Numbered from the whole stretch's first letter, positions 26,333 to 39,376 are shown. The stretch: 63,792 nt of DNA, filler included, from Octopus bimaculoides (GCF_001194135.2; 7 parts of 6 records of this genome joined end to end with filler, not necessarily neighbours in it), one strand, 5' to 3'. Notes: generated by a model from the letters alone, not told the origin. Program-made: numbers and translations.

Positions 26333-26440
26333 GGAACAGCCATGACAAAATCCCTGCCAATAAATTACATGAAGTTAAAAGCAATTCTACGAGCAACAAA
26401 TGAACGACTCGGAGATAAAATGAAATATCTTTTAAACAAG
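26333..26440 (+). CDS. BEN-domain protein, coding exon 3 (GTAMTKSLPINYMKLKAILRATNERLGDKMKYLLNK)
   Basis: Acceptor tttttatatctag|GGA, donor AAG|gtcagt; 108 nt, phase 0-0. Confidence 0.85.
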
Positions 26441-26829
26441 GTCAGTCAGTTGTTACATTTTTTTTTCATTTTATCTAGTTTCAGCTCATAAGCTGTGGCC
26501 ATGCTGGGGCACGTCTAAAATTGTTTTATTTGTTGTTTGTTTTTTTAATGGTTTGTTTCTGAAGAAGGAAAGGTTGATGTGGTCTGGAAGAGGGTGTTCT
26601 TTGAACGTCTGCCATAGAAAACTGCTGATAAAAACCATGGGCACTGATCGAATTACAAAGAGAAAATTATGCACCAAACACCAGCTTAAAGTTATTTTAA
26701 TGGAATCTTTGTTATTTTCAAAATAAATTTCGAACAAAAGCAGTGTATTTCAGCAGAAATATGGTGACATATTAGAATAATAATAATAATAATAACTTTG
26801 AATATAAATGCAGGCATGGATGAGTGGCT

Positions 26830-27006
26830 AAGATGTTTGGTACCAGGTTGATCCCAAAATCTAATAAGTCTGTGCCAGTTACGAGGCCAAACATCCCTGA
26901 AAGTTTCATCCAAATCTATCCAGCGGTTCTTGAGATATCTTGTCCACGGACAAACAAACAAACACAACTGAAAACAATACCTCTGCCTTCGCTAAGGCAG
27001 AGATAA
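26830..27006 (+). mobile_element. Non-autonomous Helentron/Helitron-like element 3' part
   Basis: Short (ACAA)n tract followed by the perfect hairpin CTCTGCCTT-CGCT-AAGGCAGAG (26981-27002) and ATAAT, the usual HINE/DINE 3' architecture. Confidence 0.55.
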
Positions 27007-27224
27007 TAGGAAAGAGCTGAAATGAATGCATGCAAGATTTCACAGCTCTAGCATTACTCCTTCATAGTCAGCCTTTGAACTTTTCAGCCCACCCTTCCTT
27101 GTATGAAGGGGGTGAGATGTATGGGGTGGGGGTCAGAGAGATAAATTGGAGGCACAGGTGTAAAACGGTGTAAAATATCAGTGTGTTGCTCTAGTAAAGT
27201 TTTTCTTTTTTTTTACCGTTGCAG

Positions 27225-27342
27225 TTGGTTGATGCTATGTTCACACGCGATGAGCTGGTGGCAGCTAGTGGCCTAGGGCTACGAACACAGAAAGACAAAC
27301 AACACACACCACTTGATAGGAAGAAATTAACTGCCATAAAAG
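27225..27342 (+). CDS. BEN-domain protein, coding exon 4 (LVDAMFTRDELVAASGLGLRTQKDKQHTPLDRKKLTAIK)
   Basis: Acceptor ttttaccgttgcag|TTG, donor G|gtaatt (phase 1); BEN signature L-x3-F-x3-L-x3-S-x2-G...LD-x2-K-x2-AIK. Confidence 0.9.
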
Positions 27343-28489
27343 GTAATTATTATAAATCTGCTTTTCATAAATATTTTTCTTTTGAAACAAAGACATCACC
27401 TGGTTTAATATTTCGATCCAGAGAGGACAAATGAGATTGATGTGGTTCATGTCCTGCATGGTGATGATGATCCTCATCACCAGATTCTGACATTGATGTG
27501 GTTGATAGGCACAGACATGGCTGGGTGGTTCAGAAGCTTGCTTCACAACCATGTAGTCTCAGGTTCAGTCCCACTGTGCAGCACCTTAGGCAAGGGACTT
27601 CTACTCTGATTCCTGCTTCAATAAATTCTGTCTGATCGATACATGCAAGCATGGAAAAGGTGGATGCTAAACATCATTCAGTCACACTCACAGACTGTAG
27701 TGACACTGGACAATGTCAGGCCACACTCCCAGACTGTGAGGGTATTGATATGGTTGATGTCCAGTCTAAATAACTTCAGGCCACACTTCCAAAACTGCGG
27801 AGACATCTACATGTTTGATATTCAATATGGACAACACTGTACCCAAATCAAACCATTCCAAAACTGACCTCGCCTGTGCTGGTGCCATGTAAAAAGCACT
27901 CAGTCCACTCTGCAGGGTGGTTGGTGTTAGGAAGGGCATCCAGCTGTAAAAAGACGTGCCAAAAACATGGTAACAAAAGGGTTAGGTCTTGGTACAAAAG
28001 TTTTCCCTTCATAGTTTTTAACTTTGCCCTGTACATAAATCACCTCACCACCAATTAAAGTTAAGCGTAAAACAATGTGACTTATATACAAGTAAATACG
28101 GTATCTTTATCCTTTATTTTTTGCCTTATGAATCAACCTCAGGACTTTTTTTTTTAAAGCCTGGTACTTATTCTATTGGTTTCTTAGCTGAACCACTAAG
28201 TTATAGGGACATAAACAAACCGACACAAGTTATCAAGCAGTGGTGGGGGACAAACACGCACGCACACACACGAGTTTCTTTCAGTTTCTGTTTACCAAAT
28301 TCACTCACAAGGCTAGAGTAGGAGACACTTGCCCAAGATGTCACACAGTGGGACTGAACCCAGAACCATGTGGTTAGGAAGCAAACTTCTTACCACACAG
28401 CCACATCTGTGCCTATAAGTATATTTTATATGTTTTACCAACTAACATAAATTACAGATTTTTAAAAAAAAATTTTCTTTTCCTTACAG

Positions 28490-28641
28490 AGTTCCTGGCA
28501 GAGTTTTCTGAGAGAAAGAATATTAAGATGATGGATTCACGGACGTTTCGGGTAACAGTGGGGAATAAAATCACAAATGCACGCAGGAACTTACGGAACG
28601 AATTTAAGATTGATCAAATTGCTGCAAACATAAGCTCATGA
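28490..28641 (+). CDS. BEN-domain protein, last coding exon (EFLAEFSERKNIKMMDSRTFRVTVGNKITNARRNLRNEFKIDQIAANISS*)
   Basis: Acceptor ttttccttacag|AG completes phase 1, TGA at 28639-28641; the basic K-x2-N-ARR helix is typical of the BEN DNA-recognition helix. Confidence 0.88.
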
Positions 28642-28678
28642 GGATGTCTCTATTACGAAGTCGATATGTATAAACTTC

Positions 28679-28684
28679 AATAAA
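28679..28684 (+). terminator. Polyadenylation signal AATAAA
   Basis: 37 nt after the stop codon, followed by a T/G-rich tract. Confidence 0.5.
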
Positions 28685-29494
28685 TATTCTTTGCCTTGCT
28701 TTTGTGCCAAAATTAACCGATCCAAAGAAAACGGTAATTTTTTTCATTGGGAACAAACAATACAAAACAATTGTTACCGTTTCTTTGGCACTTAAAAAAA
28801 AAAAAAACCCAGTTGTTTTATTGTATCCAGCTGTAGAAACTCTGCCAAATCAGACTGGAGCCTGGTGTCGCCTCCTGGTCCACCAGTCCTCAGTCAAATC
28901 GTCCAACCCATGCTAGCATGGAAAGCGGATGTTAAACGACTATATTCCAAATCTGAATCTTAATTTGGAAACTAAAATCAATAGCAGCAGCAATATGGCA
29001 ATGATGAGTTGACAAGAATCGGTAGAGCATCGGACAAAATGCTTTGTGGTGTATTAGTTTGGTGCTTCTCTTACTGAGTTCAAATCCTGCTGTGGTCAGC
29101 TGTGCTTTACATCCTTCCAGGGGACCAATAAAATTGAATGCTGGTCACGTATTAGGGGTTGATATGATTGACTGCAACCCCTTGTCAAAGTTTATGTCCT
29201 TATTGCTGAAATTCTCGTTTGTTTCAATCATTGGACTGCAGCCATGCTGGAGCACTGCTCTGAAGAGCTTAGTCCAGTGGTTCCCAAACATTTTGGGGCT
29301 GCTACCCCCTTGGCTATTGGGCCACATTCCTAGCCCCGCCACCTCCCACTCACCACCACACACATACACCACTTTCTGCAACAAACTCTAAACCAACTGT
29401 ATTTCACAAATAAAACTAATTAACCCATTATTTTGTCGTTTTTACATCCATCGCCCTCTTTCGACCACCCCATCCTCACCCCCACTGGATCTGA

Positions 29495-29649
29495 GAATTA
29501 AAATCTTCCACCAAACTTTAGTCACAATTTATGTTCCTAACACCAGCTGAATGATAACTTAGTTATTTTACTAAATTCTTTGTTATATTTAAAAGTAATT
29601 GAAAGAAACACTGAGCATCACAAAATAAATACAGTAATGAAAGGGTTAA
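29495..29649. mobile_element. piggyBac-like MITE fragment
   Basis: Ends in GAAAGGGTTAA (CCC/TTAA terminus); only one end is visible. Confidence 0.4.
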
Positions 29650-30848
29650 AAACCATTCCAAAACTGAACTTGCCTGGTCTGGTGCCATGTAAAAAGTACT
29701 CGGTCCACTCTGTGGGGTGGTTGGTGTTAAGAAGGGCATCCAGTCATAAAAACCATACCAAAACAGACACTGAAGCCTGGTGCAGTCTTCTGCCTAACCA
29801 GTTCCTGTCAAACCGCCCAACCCATGACAGCATGGAAAGTGGATGTATGATGATGATGATGATGGGAAAATGAAATGTAAATTCCTCAGTGGAATTTGAA
29901 CACTCAGCAAACACATAATAAATCCAGTACTTCACCTTATTGTTAAGCAGTAGCCCTAAATTCTTTTATCAGTTCTAGGAAGACAAATGACTCCAGGATT
30001 ATGTAATATTATAAAGTACTTTTGACTTAATCTTTAAGGTGTACCAGGTGACATGACATTATTTAGTAAGCTTTATTGCAGTTGGGTCATGGGTGGATAC
30101 TCACATGTATACCTGTATGCGTGTGTCACCATCTGAATGTGGTTGATGCCAGTGTCCCTTGACTGGTTCCCGTACGAGTAGCACATAAAAAGCCCCATAA
30201 AAAAGTGGTTGATGCCAGTGTGCCGCCTGACTGGCTCCCATGCTGGTGGCACATAAAAAGCACCCATTACACTCTCAGAGTGGTTGGCGTTAGGAAGAGC
30301 ATCCAGCTGTAGAAACCTTGCCAGAACAGAGTGGAGCCTGGTGCAGCCTCCTGGCTTGCCAGTCCTCAGTCAAACTGTCCAACCCATGCCAGCATGGAAA
30401 ATGGACGTTAAACGACGACAACAACGACGATGATGACATATATGTTTATGTGTGTGTCTGTGTGAGTCTGTATTAGTATGAAGAGAAGTACTGCCAAATA
30501 ACAAGGGCAAAATTAAGCCATTTAATCTAGCTGACTCTGTAAGTACTTGATCTCTGAATGACATAAATTCCATGATATGAAATGAAACGGAAAGTAATTG
30601 CCAGTGAATAAATCACAGAATAGGTACGTTCCTCTTCCCCCAAAACAACAACAACAACAGTGGCATCAACAACAAAGATAACAAGATATGTCACTGCTAT
30701 TTTCACTAGGGGGGTTTCTATGAAAAAAAGGTGATATACTTTCAACTGTGTTGCTAAATACATATTGAAGGATATATCGTTCGTTCATCATTGTTTAACG
30801 TTCACTTTCCATGGTAGCATGGGTTGGACAATTTGCATACATACATAA

Positions 30849-30911
<63 letters not shown>

Positions 30912-31008
30912 CACATATATACATACATATATATGCATATATACATACACATATATACATACACACACACACAATATATATACACATACATATGTACATA
31001 TTTCTATG

Positions 31009-31044
<36 letters not shown>

Positions 31045-31494
31045 TACATATATGTATGTATGTGTATATATATATATATTCTTTGTGACAAACTGTCTTG
31101 ACAACTGTCATATTAGGTTGCTAACGAGCGTTTAAGTAGCCTCTTCATAGTTTAGTTACTCCCAGAGATTTATTATCAGTAATACTAAGTGTACTTGTTT
31201 GACCAATAATCTTTAATTGTACATTCATTTTCTTCCCTGAGTAGGGCAGTGTGTACGTGTGTCCACGCACATGTGTCTATGTGTTGTTTTATCCATGTAC
31301 AGAGTAGCCTGTTCTGTTCATATAACAATGCACAGAGACAAACTAAGTTCGAACAAGGTATAAACCCTTTACCTGTCCTGTGTATCATGCGATAAACAAA
31401 AATCTATTTCCCTGGTATCTATACATCATATATGGATTCATGGTTATACTTTAGCATATGGCCTGCCTGGCCATTTACCCTTTAGTGTGCAGTC

Positions 31495-31544
31495 TAATCA
31501 TAACCCTAACCTAACCCTAAATCTTAACCTTATCCCTAAACCCT
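31495..31544. repeat. Degenerate (TAACCC)n telomere-like tract
   Basis: TAACCCTAACCTAACCCTAAATCTTAACCTTATCCCTAAACCCT. Confidence 0.5.
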
Positions 31545-31653
31545 CATGCATATGTGCTTATACATATAAATATATATATATATATTATGTGTGTGTGTGT
31601 GCATATATATGAGCATATAAATATATATATATATACATAATTGCCATTTTGTT

Positions 31654-31801
31654 GGTACTGCATCTGGGCACTGAGAGCCACTGCCTGGTACTGCATCAGG
31701 GCACAAAAAGCCACTGCGTGGTACTGCACCCTGGCACTGAGAACCACTGTCTGGTACTGCATCAGTGTACTGAGAGCCACTGCCTGGTACTGCATCAGGG
31801 C

Positions 31802-31802
<1 letters not shown>
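31654..31802. repeat. 33-bp minisatellite, about 4.5 copies
   Basis: Unit GGTACTGCATC(A/T)GGGCACTGAGAGCCACTGCCT repeated head to tail with no spacers. Confidence 0.9.
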
Positions 31803-31858
<56 letters not shown>

Positions 31859-32908
31859 TATTATTATTATTATTATAATATATTATATTTTCTTTTCTGA
31901 TTAATATTACCAGAAGCAACTTCAAAGAAAAGCTGTCACCTCTCATCTATGTCATTTAATATAACGTTAATTGATAAGGTTGAATCAAAAGAACATGTTA
32001 TATAATTTTACCACCACCCTGGAGTACTTATTCTTTGATGAAAGAAAATAATATTGTAAGGTCTTAAAGACAGAACCCACCCTCTCCTACTTTTCAATAA
32101 AAAAACATTGTTTTATTCAAATGAACAAAGGAATGGTTAGCACAATGATACCATTTTCAGTACCTGTACACGGCGACGGATATACGTGTCGGGGGTAGAG
32201 TGGTGGTATTCAATTAATACCCTCCAGGGAAGACAAGAAACGTAATTTCAATGGCAAAATATTCTAGAAATTCTCTAGAAGGAATTTGTACTCGGTAAAT
32301 TCAGGAACAACTGAATGAATATACAAACATTGACACCATCCTCATTAACACCCATTTTTTTCCCCCATGCAGGTATAAACTGAAAGGGTCTACCTCATCA
32401 GAGCATCCCACTGTTTGTTGTGGTCCCTTCTCGTCACCTCAAGGTTCATAACCCTCAAATTAATCTACCCCACATCTTCCCATGTCGTCTTTTCTCCCCC
32501 CCCCTCAGGATCCTTCCACCCAGTTTATTTTGACCCTTTTCTCTCCCAACCCAGCCTATCATCTTTCTCGTACCTGCATATATTACCTGCCCATACCATT
32601 CACGGATTCCTCTCTTCGGCGCTATGACTCATACCTGTAATACCCATTTCTCCTTTCCCCCCCCACCTGCTTTTCGTTGTTGCTCTGCGCTGACATGACC
32701 CAACACACAGGCTCAACTCTCATTAATTTCCAGTCTTCACACATCCACCCCAATCAACACCCGTGTTTTATTAACGTAGCACTTTGCACATAATTACTAT
32801 ATAATTCNNNNNNNNNNNNNNNNNNNNNNNNNNNNNNNNNNNNNNNNNNNNTTAATTAATTAANNNNNNNNNNNNNNNNNNNNNNNNNNNNNNNNNNNNN
32901 NNNNNNNG

Positions 32909-33313
32909 GTACTGGATATTAATAGTTATCACCAAGCCAACATGGCAGTCCAAAAAATAGGACGAATGCTTCCGTTCATTAGCTCCAAGAAGCCATCGCC
33001 TCTAGCTAGCTATGTGACTCACGAATCTGTGTCCATTATAACCTTCGAACAGAGGAGGTCAGCCGCTTCCCTTGCTGGTCTGTCATCTACAGACTATAGT
33101 TTCAGGGTATTTGCCCTTTATCAATGTAAAGCAGCCGAACCGAGTAGGTGTCGCTACTGGTCGTCTATTCGAGGGGGTATTTACCTAAATTCAGTGGAAT
33201 ACATCCACTGGTTTTCAAAAATAGAAATATTAATATTTCTAAATCTCTCTAAAGGAGACTACGGCAGCAGTACTGGATATTAATAGTTATCGCCAAGCCA
33301 ACATGGCAGTCCA
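32909..33313 (-). mobile_element. Direct-repeat-bounded 361-bp unit with one hammerhead
   Basis: 44-bp direct repeat GTACTGGATATTAATAGTTATC(A/G)CCAAGCCAACATGGCAGTCCA at 32909 and 33270. Confidence 0.75.
33086..33130 (-). ncRNA. Hammerhead motif with two core transitions
   Basis: Minus strand: TTTACA-TTGATAA-AGGG CAAATA CCCT-GAAAC-TATA-GTC-TGTAGA; stems I and II intact, palindromic ACTATAGT. Confidence 0.6.
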
Positions 33314-33332
33314 TATATACATATATATACTT

Positions 33333-33377
<45 letters not shown>

Positions 33378-33499
33378 TGCATACACATACGCAGACACAC
33401 ATACGCAGACACACACATATCTAATATACTGCAGCCATCAACCTTGTAAAGCCAATGGTACTGCTTGCCTGTGTATCTATATACCTATCTATCTATCTA

Positions 33500-33546
<47 letters not shown>

Positions 33547-34509
33547 ACCACATATATACATATGTATATGTGTGTGCATATACATATGTATGTGTACGTG
33601 CGTATGCGTGCGCGCGCGTTAGCATGTGTGTACTTGTATGTAGCCTGATTCGTAAACGTAACCACAATGAAAGAATAGCTTAAATTCCCGCCGAAAATAG
33701 TTTATCGAGGTAAATACTACGAAGAGACATCAAGAGACGTCCATTGAGGTTTCTCATATCTTACTCTTCATTGTATTATTTCTCTCCCCCAGTCCCCCTC
33801 TCTCTCTCCTTCTCTCTCTCTCCTTCTCTCTCTCTCCTTCTCTCTCTCTCCTTCTCTCTCTCTCTCCTTCTCTCTCTCTCCTTCTCTCTCTATCTCTCTG
33901 TCTCACTCTCTTTCGCTTTCTTCCTCTGTCTTCCTAATTTTTCAGGACACAGTTACTTGGTCACAGTGTATTTTCATCTCACTTTCTGTGGTTTTTCCCT
34001 TCTCTCTATTTACCATCTTTCCTCCTCCCCCTCCTCCTTCTCTTCCTCCTAATAGCATTTGATATTATATATATCGACGTAAACATTGGTTGATGGTAAT
34101 CGATGAAAAAGTCCTGAGTAAACATCTGAAGGGAAATTAGGACACGAGGGATACCCACTGAGTCTATGATTAAGAAACTATAAAGACTGCGTTAACATGC
34201 ATAGGTGTGCGCACGCCCGCACGCAGTCACGCAAGTACGATAAGACTTACCTCATTCACGTTAAATCTATCTATCTATCTATCTATCTATCTATATTTTT
34301 TCAATATATGAAAGTATATGTGTATGCGTCTATATGGGCATGTGTATCTGCGTGGGAGTGTATATATATATATGTGTGTGTGTGTGAGTGTGTGTGTGTG
34401 TGTGTGCGTGCGTGCGTGTGTGTATACTACTTATACACGAATATATATCTATGCAATCTACAAACTTATACGTTTGTGTATAATTATGTATATATATATA
34501 TATATATAT

Positions 34510-34648
34510 TTCTTTATTGCCCACAGGGGTCTAAACACAGAGGGGACAAACAAGGACAGACAAAGGGATTAAGTCGATTGCATTGACTTACTTAATCTTA
34601 ATCGACCTCGAAAAGATTAAAGGCAAAGTCAATCTCGGCGGAATTTGA
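34510..34648 (-). mobile_element. SINE family B variant, truncated by gap
   Basis: AAAGGCAAAGTCAATCTCGGCGGAATTTGA matches family B. Confidence 0.6.
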
Positions 34649-35217
34649 NNNNNNNNNNNNNNNNNNNNNNNNNNNNNNNNNNNNNNNNNNNNNNNNNNNN
34701 NNNNNNNNNNNNNNNNNNNNNNNNNNNNNNNNNNNNNNNNNNNNNNNNNNNNNNNNNNNNNNNNNNNNNNNNNNNNNNNNNNNNNNNNNNNNNNNNNNNN
34801 NNNNNNNNNNNNNNNNNNNNNNNNNNNNNNNNNNNNNNNNNNNNNNNNNNNNNNNNNNNNNNNNNNNNNNNNNNNNNNNNNNNNNNNNNNNNNNNNNNNN
34901 NNNNNNNNNNNNNNNNNNNNNNNNNNNNNNNNNNNNNNNNNNNNNNNNNNNNNNNNNNNNNNNNNNNNNNNNNNNNNNNNNNNNNNNNNNNNNNNNNNNN
35001 NNNNNNNNNNNNNNNNNNNNNNNNNNNNNNNNNNNNNNNNNNNNNNNNNNNNNNNNNNNNNNNNNNNNNNNNNNNNNNNNNNNNNNNNNNNNNNNNNNNN
35101 NNNNNNNNNNNNNNNNNNNNNNNNNNNNNNNNNNNNNNNNNNNNNNNNNNNNNNNNNNNNNNNNNNNNNNNTATATATATATATATATATATATATAGGT
35201 ACGTGTGTGTACAGAAA

Positions 35218-35260
<43 letters not shown>

Positions 35261-35839
35261 GAAACAGATGATCATGAATATGTGTGTTATAGTATACTAC
35301 ATGACTGGTCATTGTGTCAAAATAACACATCACAGTCACGGGCAATTTTTGAAGCAGACAAACATTACAAACTAACTGACCAATAAAATAAAATCACTGC
35401 GTATCTTCACCAAAGAACTAGTTATTGCTGGATTTTCTCAGTCACTTGTTCTATCCAAAAATTCACGATAATCCAGTCTTGCTTTTATCCTCCGGCGGTC
35501 TGCTGAAGAAATCATCAAGTTTCCCAACACTTGAAATGCCATCGTAAAAACCGACCACATGAAAGGGCAGGATCCACTATGTTCACTCCAATAACATTTA
35601 ATGTCTTCCCTTTATATTTATTGCTTATTGTATTTATGGATTCATATGTTTCAGCTCGGACCCATTGTATAAGTGTGAGGAATAGAAGAGTGGTGCTCCC
35701 CATCAGGCTGGAGCTAAGCTCAGTCTATCAACATGACAAATATTTATTCTTCTCTATGAATTTCATTTTTATTCTTTGTTTTTGTTTTTTTTACGGAGGG
35801 CTTCTAGCAAAAGTATTTAATTCATATGGCATACTCTCT

Positions 35840-36050
35840 TTTACTCTTTTACTTGTTTCAGTCATTTGAATGCAGCCATGCTGGAGCACCGCCTTTAGTC
35901 GAGCAAACCGACCCCAGGACTTATTCTTTGGAAGCCTAGTACTATCGGTCTCTTTCACCGAACCGCTAAGTTACGGGGACGTAAACACACCAGCATCGGT
36001 TGTCAAGCGATGTTGGGAGGACAAATACAGACACACAAACATATACACAC

Positions 36051-36129
<79 letters not shown>

Positions 36130-36300
36130 CATACATACATAAATACGACGGGCTTCTTTCAGTTTCCGTCTACCAAATCCACTCACAAGGCTTTGGTCAG
36201 CCCGAGTCTATAGTAGAAGACGCTTGCCCAATTCACCCTGCAGTGGGACTGAATCCGGACTTGTATGGTTGGGAAGCAGACGTCCTACAACTGTGCCAAG
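35840..36300 (-). mobile_element. SINE family A, near full length with internal microsatellite
   Basis: GGGCTTCTTTCAGTTTCCGTCTACCAAATCCACTCACAAGGCTTTGGTC plus the 3' part CAGCCATGCTGGAGCACCGCCTTTAGTCGAGC. Confidence 0.8.
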
Positions 36301-36479
36301 TCTTCGCCTTTGAACTACATTTCTTTATTGGAATTTTTATGCAATGCTTTCAGCATGAACTCCATTTTAATATAAACAGATATATGATATATGTAGTTTC
36401 TCATATCCCTGTATTTTCACCTAAAAATCGACTTAGTAATCGTCTGTAGTTTTATTTAAAATGTTCTGGAGTTGAAACG

Positions 36480-36720
36480 GGTATTTCCTATGTCTCTTCT
36501 TTAAATTCTAAAGATCTTCTTATGTATAGGTTAAACCGAGTACATCTTTAACAGACCACAGCTTCTTTTTAGTATATTGATATAGAGAAATCAGCAAACT
36601 TGGGTCCGAGCGGAGAACCCATACCTATGTCATCTATTGAACGTAAAATTACTTTACATACAGCGAAAATGCATTTAATTTCTACGTGACAACAGAATTT
36701 TACTGTGTGTGTTTGATGCT
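36480..36720 (-). mobile_element. Penelope-like RT remnant
   Basis: Minus-strand SIDDIGMGSPLGPKFADF matches the Penelope QxDGxxMGSPLGP motif. Confidence 0.65.
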
Positions 36721-37040
36721 ATAGTTGATATTTTTAATACTAAATGTTATCCCAAATTATGTCACTGAGGTATAGGCGAAAATGATTATTACGACCAATA
36801 TAGCAATTTTGCATTCTTGATTAGTTTCATGTGGAAACATTTGGCATTCTTCCGATGAACATACATCTATCCTTTTTTCTGTATTGTTTTAAAACATTAC
36901 CTAATTCTTTAGGAATTTTAATTTCCAGTGAATTTTATTGGAGTTGTTGACGGAAAAGTTTATATTTATAGCTATACATCTACATACGTACATACATACT
37001 TAAATATATATATGGCTATATGTATATATGTATGTATTTA

Positions 37041-37147
<107 letters not shown>

Positions 37148-37187
37148 GCATGTGTGTACATGTATGCACACACATATATATACATAC

Positions 37188-37226
<39 letters not shown>

Positions 37227-38994
37227 GGGATATATATACACATATATGTGTGTGGGGGTATACATAAACATGCGTATATACATGTATTGTTCCGTAGATA
37301 GCAGCTGTGCATTTGCATTAGTAATTAATTTGTTAAGCTTAATTTTTAATTGAAGAATGTTATCTTTCTAATCCGTATAAAGTTGCTCTTATCATTTAAT
37401 AGAGTGTTAATTCTTGTGATGTATTTGTCGTTATCCATTAATCACTTTTACATGTATGTTATCATTGCTTTTTTAGATCGTGCAGAGCTGTGTATATGCA
37501 AACACTGACATGGATCCTCCACCAGTTTCGATGATGAGCTTTGAATTATTTTATGTTTTAACTGTTTCGATCATTAAACCACAGCCATGATGGGGCCCCG
37601 CTTTGAAAGCTTTAGTTGAATAAATCAACGCCAGGACATATTTTTAGTCTAGCATTTATATCGGTCTCTTTTGACGAAGCGTTGTTTCAGGTAAGTAAAC
37701 AAACCAACATCGGTTGTCAAGTGGTGATATTGTGCTGGAGGACAAACACAAACAGGACTTTGGTGGCCAGATAAGATGTTCAACTTCACTAGAATGTTCC
37801 TCGTGCGATTCAATAACCACTTAGCGGTTCGGCAAAAGAATTTCGAGTCAATAAGTACCAGATTTGAATGTATAAGTACTGTGTTCGATTCGATCGCTTA
37901 AAATTCTTCAACATGGTGGTCCAAGTTGGCCGCGGCCAGGTGACTGAAACACGTAAAGAAAATGCAAGCCATCCAATGGGAAATCTATACTTTGGTTACC
38001 GATGTAAGGCTTAGATCTACCCAAGATCCNNNNNNNNNNNNNNNNNNNNNNNNNNNNNNNNNNNNNNNNNNNNNNNNNNNNNNNNNNNNNNNNNNNNNNN
38101 NNNNNNNNNNNNNNNNNNNNNNNNNNNNNNNNNNNNNNNNNNNNNNNNNNNNNNNNNNNNNNNNNNNNNNNNNNNNNNNNNNNNNNNNNNNNNNNNNNNN
38201 NNNNNNNNNNNNNNNNNNNNNNNNNNNNNNNNNNNNNNNNNNNNNNNNNNNNNNNNNNNNNNNNNNNNNNNNNNNNNNNNNNNNNNNNNNNNNNNNNNNN
38301 NNNNNNNNNNNNNNNNNNNNNNNNNNNNNNNNNNNNNNNNNNNNNNNNNNNNNNNNNNNNNNNNNNNNNNNNNNNNNNNNNNNNNNNNNNNNNNNNNNNN
38401 NNNNNNNNNNNNNNNNNNNNNNNNNNNNNNNNNNNNNNNNNNNNNNNNNNNNNNNNNNNNNNNNNNNNNNNNNNNNNNNNNNNNNNNNNNNNNNNNNNNN
38501 NNNNNNNNNNNNNNNNNNNNNNNNNNNNNNNNNNNNNNNNNNNNNNNNNNNNNNNNNNNNNNNNNNNNNNNNNNNNNNNNNNNNNNNNNNNNNNNNNNNN
38601 NNNNNNNNNNNNNNNNNNNNNNNNNNNNNNNNNNNNNNNNNNNNNNNNNNNNNNNNNNNNNNNNNNNNNNNNNNNNNNNNNNNNNNNNNNNNNNNNNNNN
38701 NNNNNNNNNNNNNNNNNNNNNNNNNNNNNNNNNNNNNNNNNNNNNNNNNNNNNNNNNNNNNNNNNNNNNNNNNNNNNNNNNNNNNNNNNNNNNNNNNNNN
38801 NNNNNNNNNNNNNNNNNNNNNNNNNNNNNNNNNNNNNNNNNNNNNNNNNNNNNNNNNNNNNNNNNNNNNNNNNNNNNNNNNNNNNNNNNNNNNNNNNNNN
38901 NNNNNNNNNNNNNNNNNNNNNNNNNNNNNNNNNNNNNNNNNNNNNNNNNNNNNNNNNNNNNNNNNNNNNNNNNNNNNNNNNNNNNNNNNNNNNN

Positions 38995-39041
<47 letters not shown>

Positions 39042-39046
39042 GTTTG

Positions 39047-39079
<33 letters not shown>

Positions 39080-39339
39080 ATATATATAAATATGTATATA
39101 TATGTGTGTGTGTGTATACATATAAGCACACGTATATGTATATACATAATACATACGCATGGACATAAACACACACATAAAGATATAGGTGTGTATGTGC
39201 ATTTGTATGAATGCTCGTGAGTGTATATATACGTATGTGCACAAGTTTGTACGTGTACGTGTATGTCTTTTTTTGAGGAATATATACATATACATACATA
39301 CACACACACAGACACAGACACATACACACACACACACAT

Positions 39340-39376
<37 letters not shown>

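Noticed and set aside
31654-31802. CRISPR-like array
   Set aside because: Units are contiguous with no unique spacers, and the context is eukaryotic.
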